Assembly (NCBI GenBank): GCA_964610875.1
Contig: CAZSWP010000045.1
Coordinates: 1 to 28,044 of the forward strand
Reading direction: 5' to 3'
Source of the DNA: an uncultured archaeon
Lineage (GTDB): Archaea > Asgardarchaeota > Thorarchaeia > Thorarchaeales > Thorarchaeaceae
DNA: 28,044 nt
The position numbers and the translations under genes were made by a program. Shown one piece after another: positions 26,428 to 28,044 of the stretch; position 1 is the stretch's first letter; each line of letters opens with the position of its first letter. The notes under the pieces were generated by a model. The model was given only the letters and a program-made list of their open reading frames with translations, ran no database searches and had not been told where the DNA came from.

Positions 26428-27735
26428 CTAAATAGATAGTTTGGCTAAGAACTCTTCAAGATTGGTTAGCTTTACCTCACTAGATTGCTTCGTCTTCATA
26501 TCACGAACACTGACTACACCTTTTTCGAGGTCTCTCTCCCCGACGATCAGGGTGTATCTTGCATTTCTAGAATCAGCAAGCTCGAGGAGTTTACCTAATG
26601 GTCGGTCCATGAGATCTATTTCAGTAGTAAGACCTTGTTTTATTGCTCTCTGCTGTAATTTGGCTGCGATTTTTACCATTGGTCTCTTGATAGGCGCAAT
26701 GAAGATATCAATAGAGTCATCGATTTTTTCATGAGCTCCTTTTGCAATCATAATGTCAATGATTCTGTCGATACCTAGTGAAATACCCGTCGCAGGCGTA
26801 GATGGTCCGCCGAAGTTCTCAATCAGTCTATCATAGCGTCCGCCACCGAGTATAGAACCTACTTCTGGTTCTCCAAGATATCTTCCCTCAAATACTGGTC
26901 CAGTATAATAGTCCAACCCTCTTGCGAGTGACATATCAAATTCTACGAAATCTGCAACACCACACTCATCAAAAATCTCTGCCATGAATTGGAGTTCCTC
27001 CGTGCCCTCACATCCAATCGTTGAATCCTGCAGTACACTTGAAAAACTATCTAGTGTTTTCACACCTTTTCCACGGATTTTGATCAAGTCCATTAAGATT
27101 GAACTCTCCTTCTGACCAATTCCACGATTGTCTAGTTCCTCAATTACTCCTTCTTGACCAATCTTATCGAGCTTGTCAATTGCTCTGAAGCATTCAAATG
27201 CAAGTTCGTCAGGGATTCCTGCAATTTCCGTCATTCCTCGTAGAACTTTCCGGTTGTTTATTCGGATAAGATACTCTTTGCTAAGAATTCTTTCTAGGAA
27301 AGTGAGAGCTATTAGAACAACTTCAGCATCTGCTGCAGGTGAATCCGTGCCGATTACATCTACATCCGCTTGAAGGAATTCTCTGTATCTACCTGCTTGA
27401 GGTCTATCATATCTCCAAGCCTTACCTATTGCATAGCGTTTGAATGGTTTGGGTAGATGTGGATTTGAAGCCACTATTCTTGCCAATGGTACCGTGAGGT
27501 CAAAACGGAGCCCGACCTCGCGTTCACCTTTATCTGTAAATTTGAAGGTTTCTGCTTCAACCTCTTCGCCACCTTTGGCAGCAAGAGTTTCCCATAGTTC
27601 CATTACCGGGGAATCTAGAGGTTCGTAACCGAATTTCGTAAATACTTCTTTCGCCGTATCGACAAGATAGTTTCTTACTCTAATTTCTGAACCCATCAGG
27701 TCACGCATACCGCGAACTGTTCGCATATCATTCAA
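26428..27735 (-). CDS. hisS: Histidine--tRNA ligase
   Basis: RGMRD, LRFDLTVP, WRYDRPQAGRYREFLQADVD, RGLDYYTG, GGGRYD, anticodon domain; GGAGGT RBS before TTG. Confidence 0.96.
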   Translation of the reverse strand: MNDMRTVRGMRDLMGSEIRVRNYLVDTAKEVFTKFGYEPLDSPVMELWETLAAKGGEEVEAETFKFTDKGEREVGLRFDLTVPLARIVASNPHLPKPFKRYAIGKAWRYDRPQAGRYREFLQADVDVIGTDSPAADAEVVLIALTFLERILSKEYLIRINNRKVLRGMTEIAGIPDELAFECFRAIDKLDKIGQEGVIEELDNRGIGQKESSILMDLIKIRGKGVKTLDSFSSVLQDSTIGCEGTEELQFMAEIFDECGVADFVEFDMSLARGLDYYTGPVFEGRYLGEPEVGSILGGGRYDRLIENFGGPSTPATGISLGIDRIIDIMIAKGAHEKIDDSIDIFIAPIKRPMVKIAAKLQQRAIKQGLTTEIDLMDRPLGKLLELADSRNARYTLIVGERDLEKGVVSVRDMKTKQSSEVKLTNLEEFLAKLSI

Positions 27736-27891
27736 AATATGTACCTCCTAGAATTAAGCGGCAACACTGGGAGATGGCGAATTTTCTAGTATTACTGGAG
27801 AAGTAGATGAACTAAGCCACCATCTTTCATACTTGTCACCAAGTTCTCTCAAAGTTGTGATTTATTTAAGTATTTTACTAAGTTCATCAGT

Positions 27892-28044
27892 TCATATCAT
27901 TGGGACTACTCCGGAAACCAAGAAAATGAGATAAACCACAACGCCTATGATCATTAACAACGAGTCTCGAGATACTATCTTTACTAGTGAGAAATCTCTG
28001 TCTGCAAGATACACATAGATGAGTTTATTGACCACAGAACAAGT
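27892..28044 (-). CDS. 3' end of a membrane protein gene running off the window (possibly MgtC/DUF4010-like)
   Basis: Open frame TCSVVNKLIYVYLADRDFSLVKIVSRDSLLMIIGVVVYLIFLVSGVVPMI-stop with a terminal TM helix; family guess is weak. Confidence 0.5.
   Translation of the reverse strand, partial: TCSVVNKLIYVYLADRDFSLVKIVSRDSLLMIIGVVVYLIFLVSGVVPMI

Noticed and set aside
27768-27825. Fluoride-riboswitch-like GGAGATGGC… on the + strand
   Set aside because: Pseudoknot complementarity and spacing do not fit, and no + strand gene follows.

Overview
Gene-dense archaeal chromosomal segment, most likely from an Asgard archaeon. Thorarchaeia-like is an inference from a gelsolin-domain gene next to a Roadblock/LC7 gene, archaeal ThiR and COG2150-type regulators, and GGAGG/GGTGA ribosome-binding sites. 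In order, it contains: a radical SAM gene; an accessory patch of small membrane proteins, a PAS remnant, a HEAT-repeat protein and a probably frameshifted gene; two flavodoxin-fold genes; P5C dehydrogenase (pruA); an HTH gene plus a CruF-like membrane gene behind an inverted repeat; and a gelsolin-domain plus Roadblock pair, head-to-head with an acidic-tailed membrane protein. It continues with a thiamine ABC transporter (thiBPQ) with divergent ThiR and a tandem palindromic operator candidate; a GNAT; a sequon-rich Ig-like surface protein; a coupled operon of an unassigned glycyl radical enzyme, its activase and a duplicated split-barrel (PNPOx-like) protein; then GNAT, ACT regulator, MFS, MEMO1-family and hisS genes. 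No rRNA, tRNA, CRISPR array or transposase was recognised. The best candidates for an undescribed system are the glycyl-radical/split-barrel operon and the gelsolin-Roadblock-membrane protein locus. All family calls are from motif recognition by eye, with no database searches.
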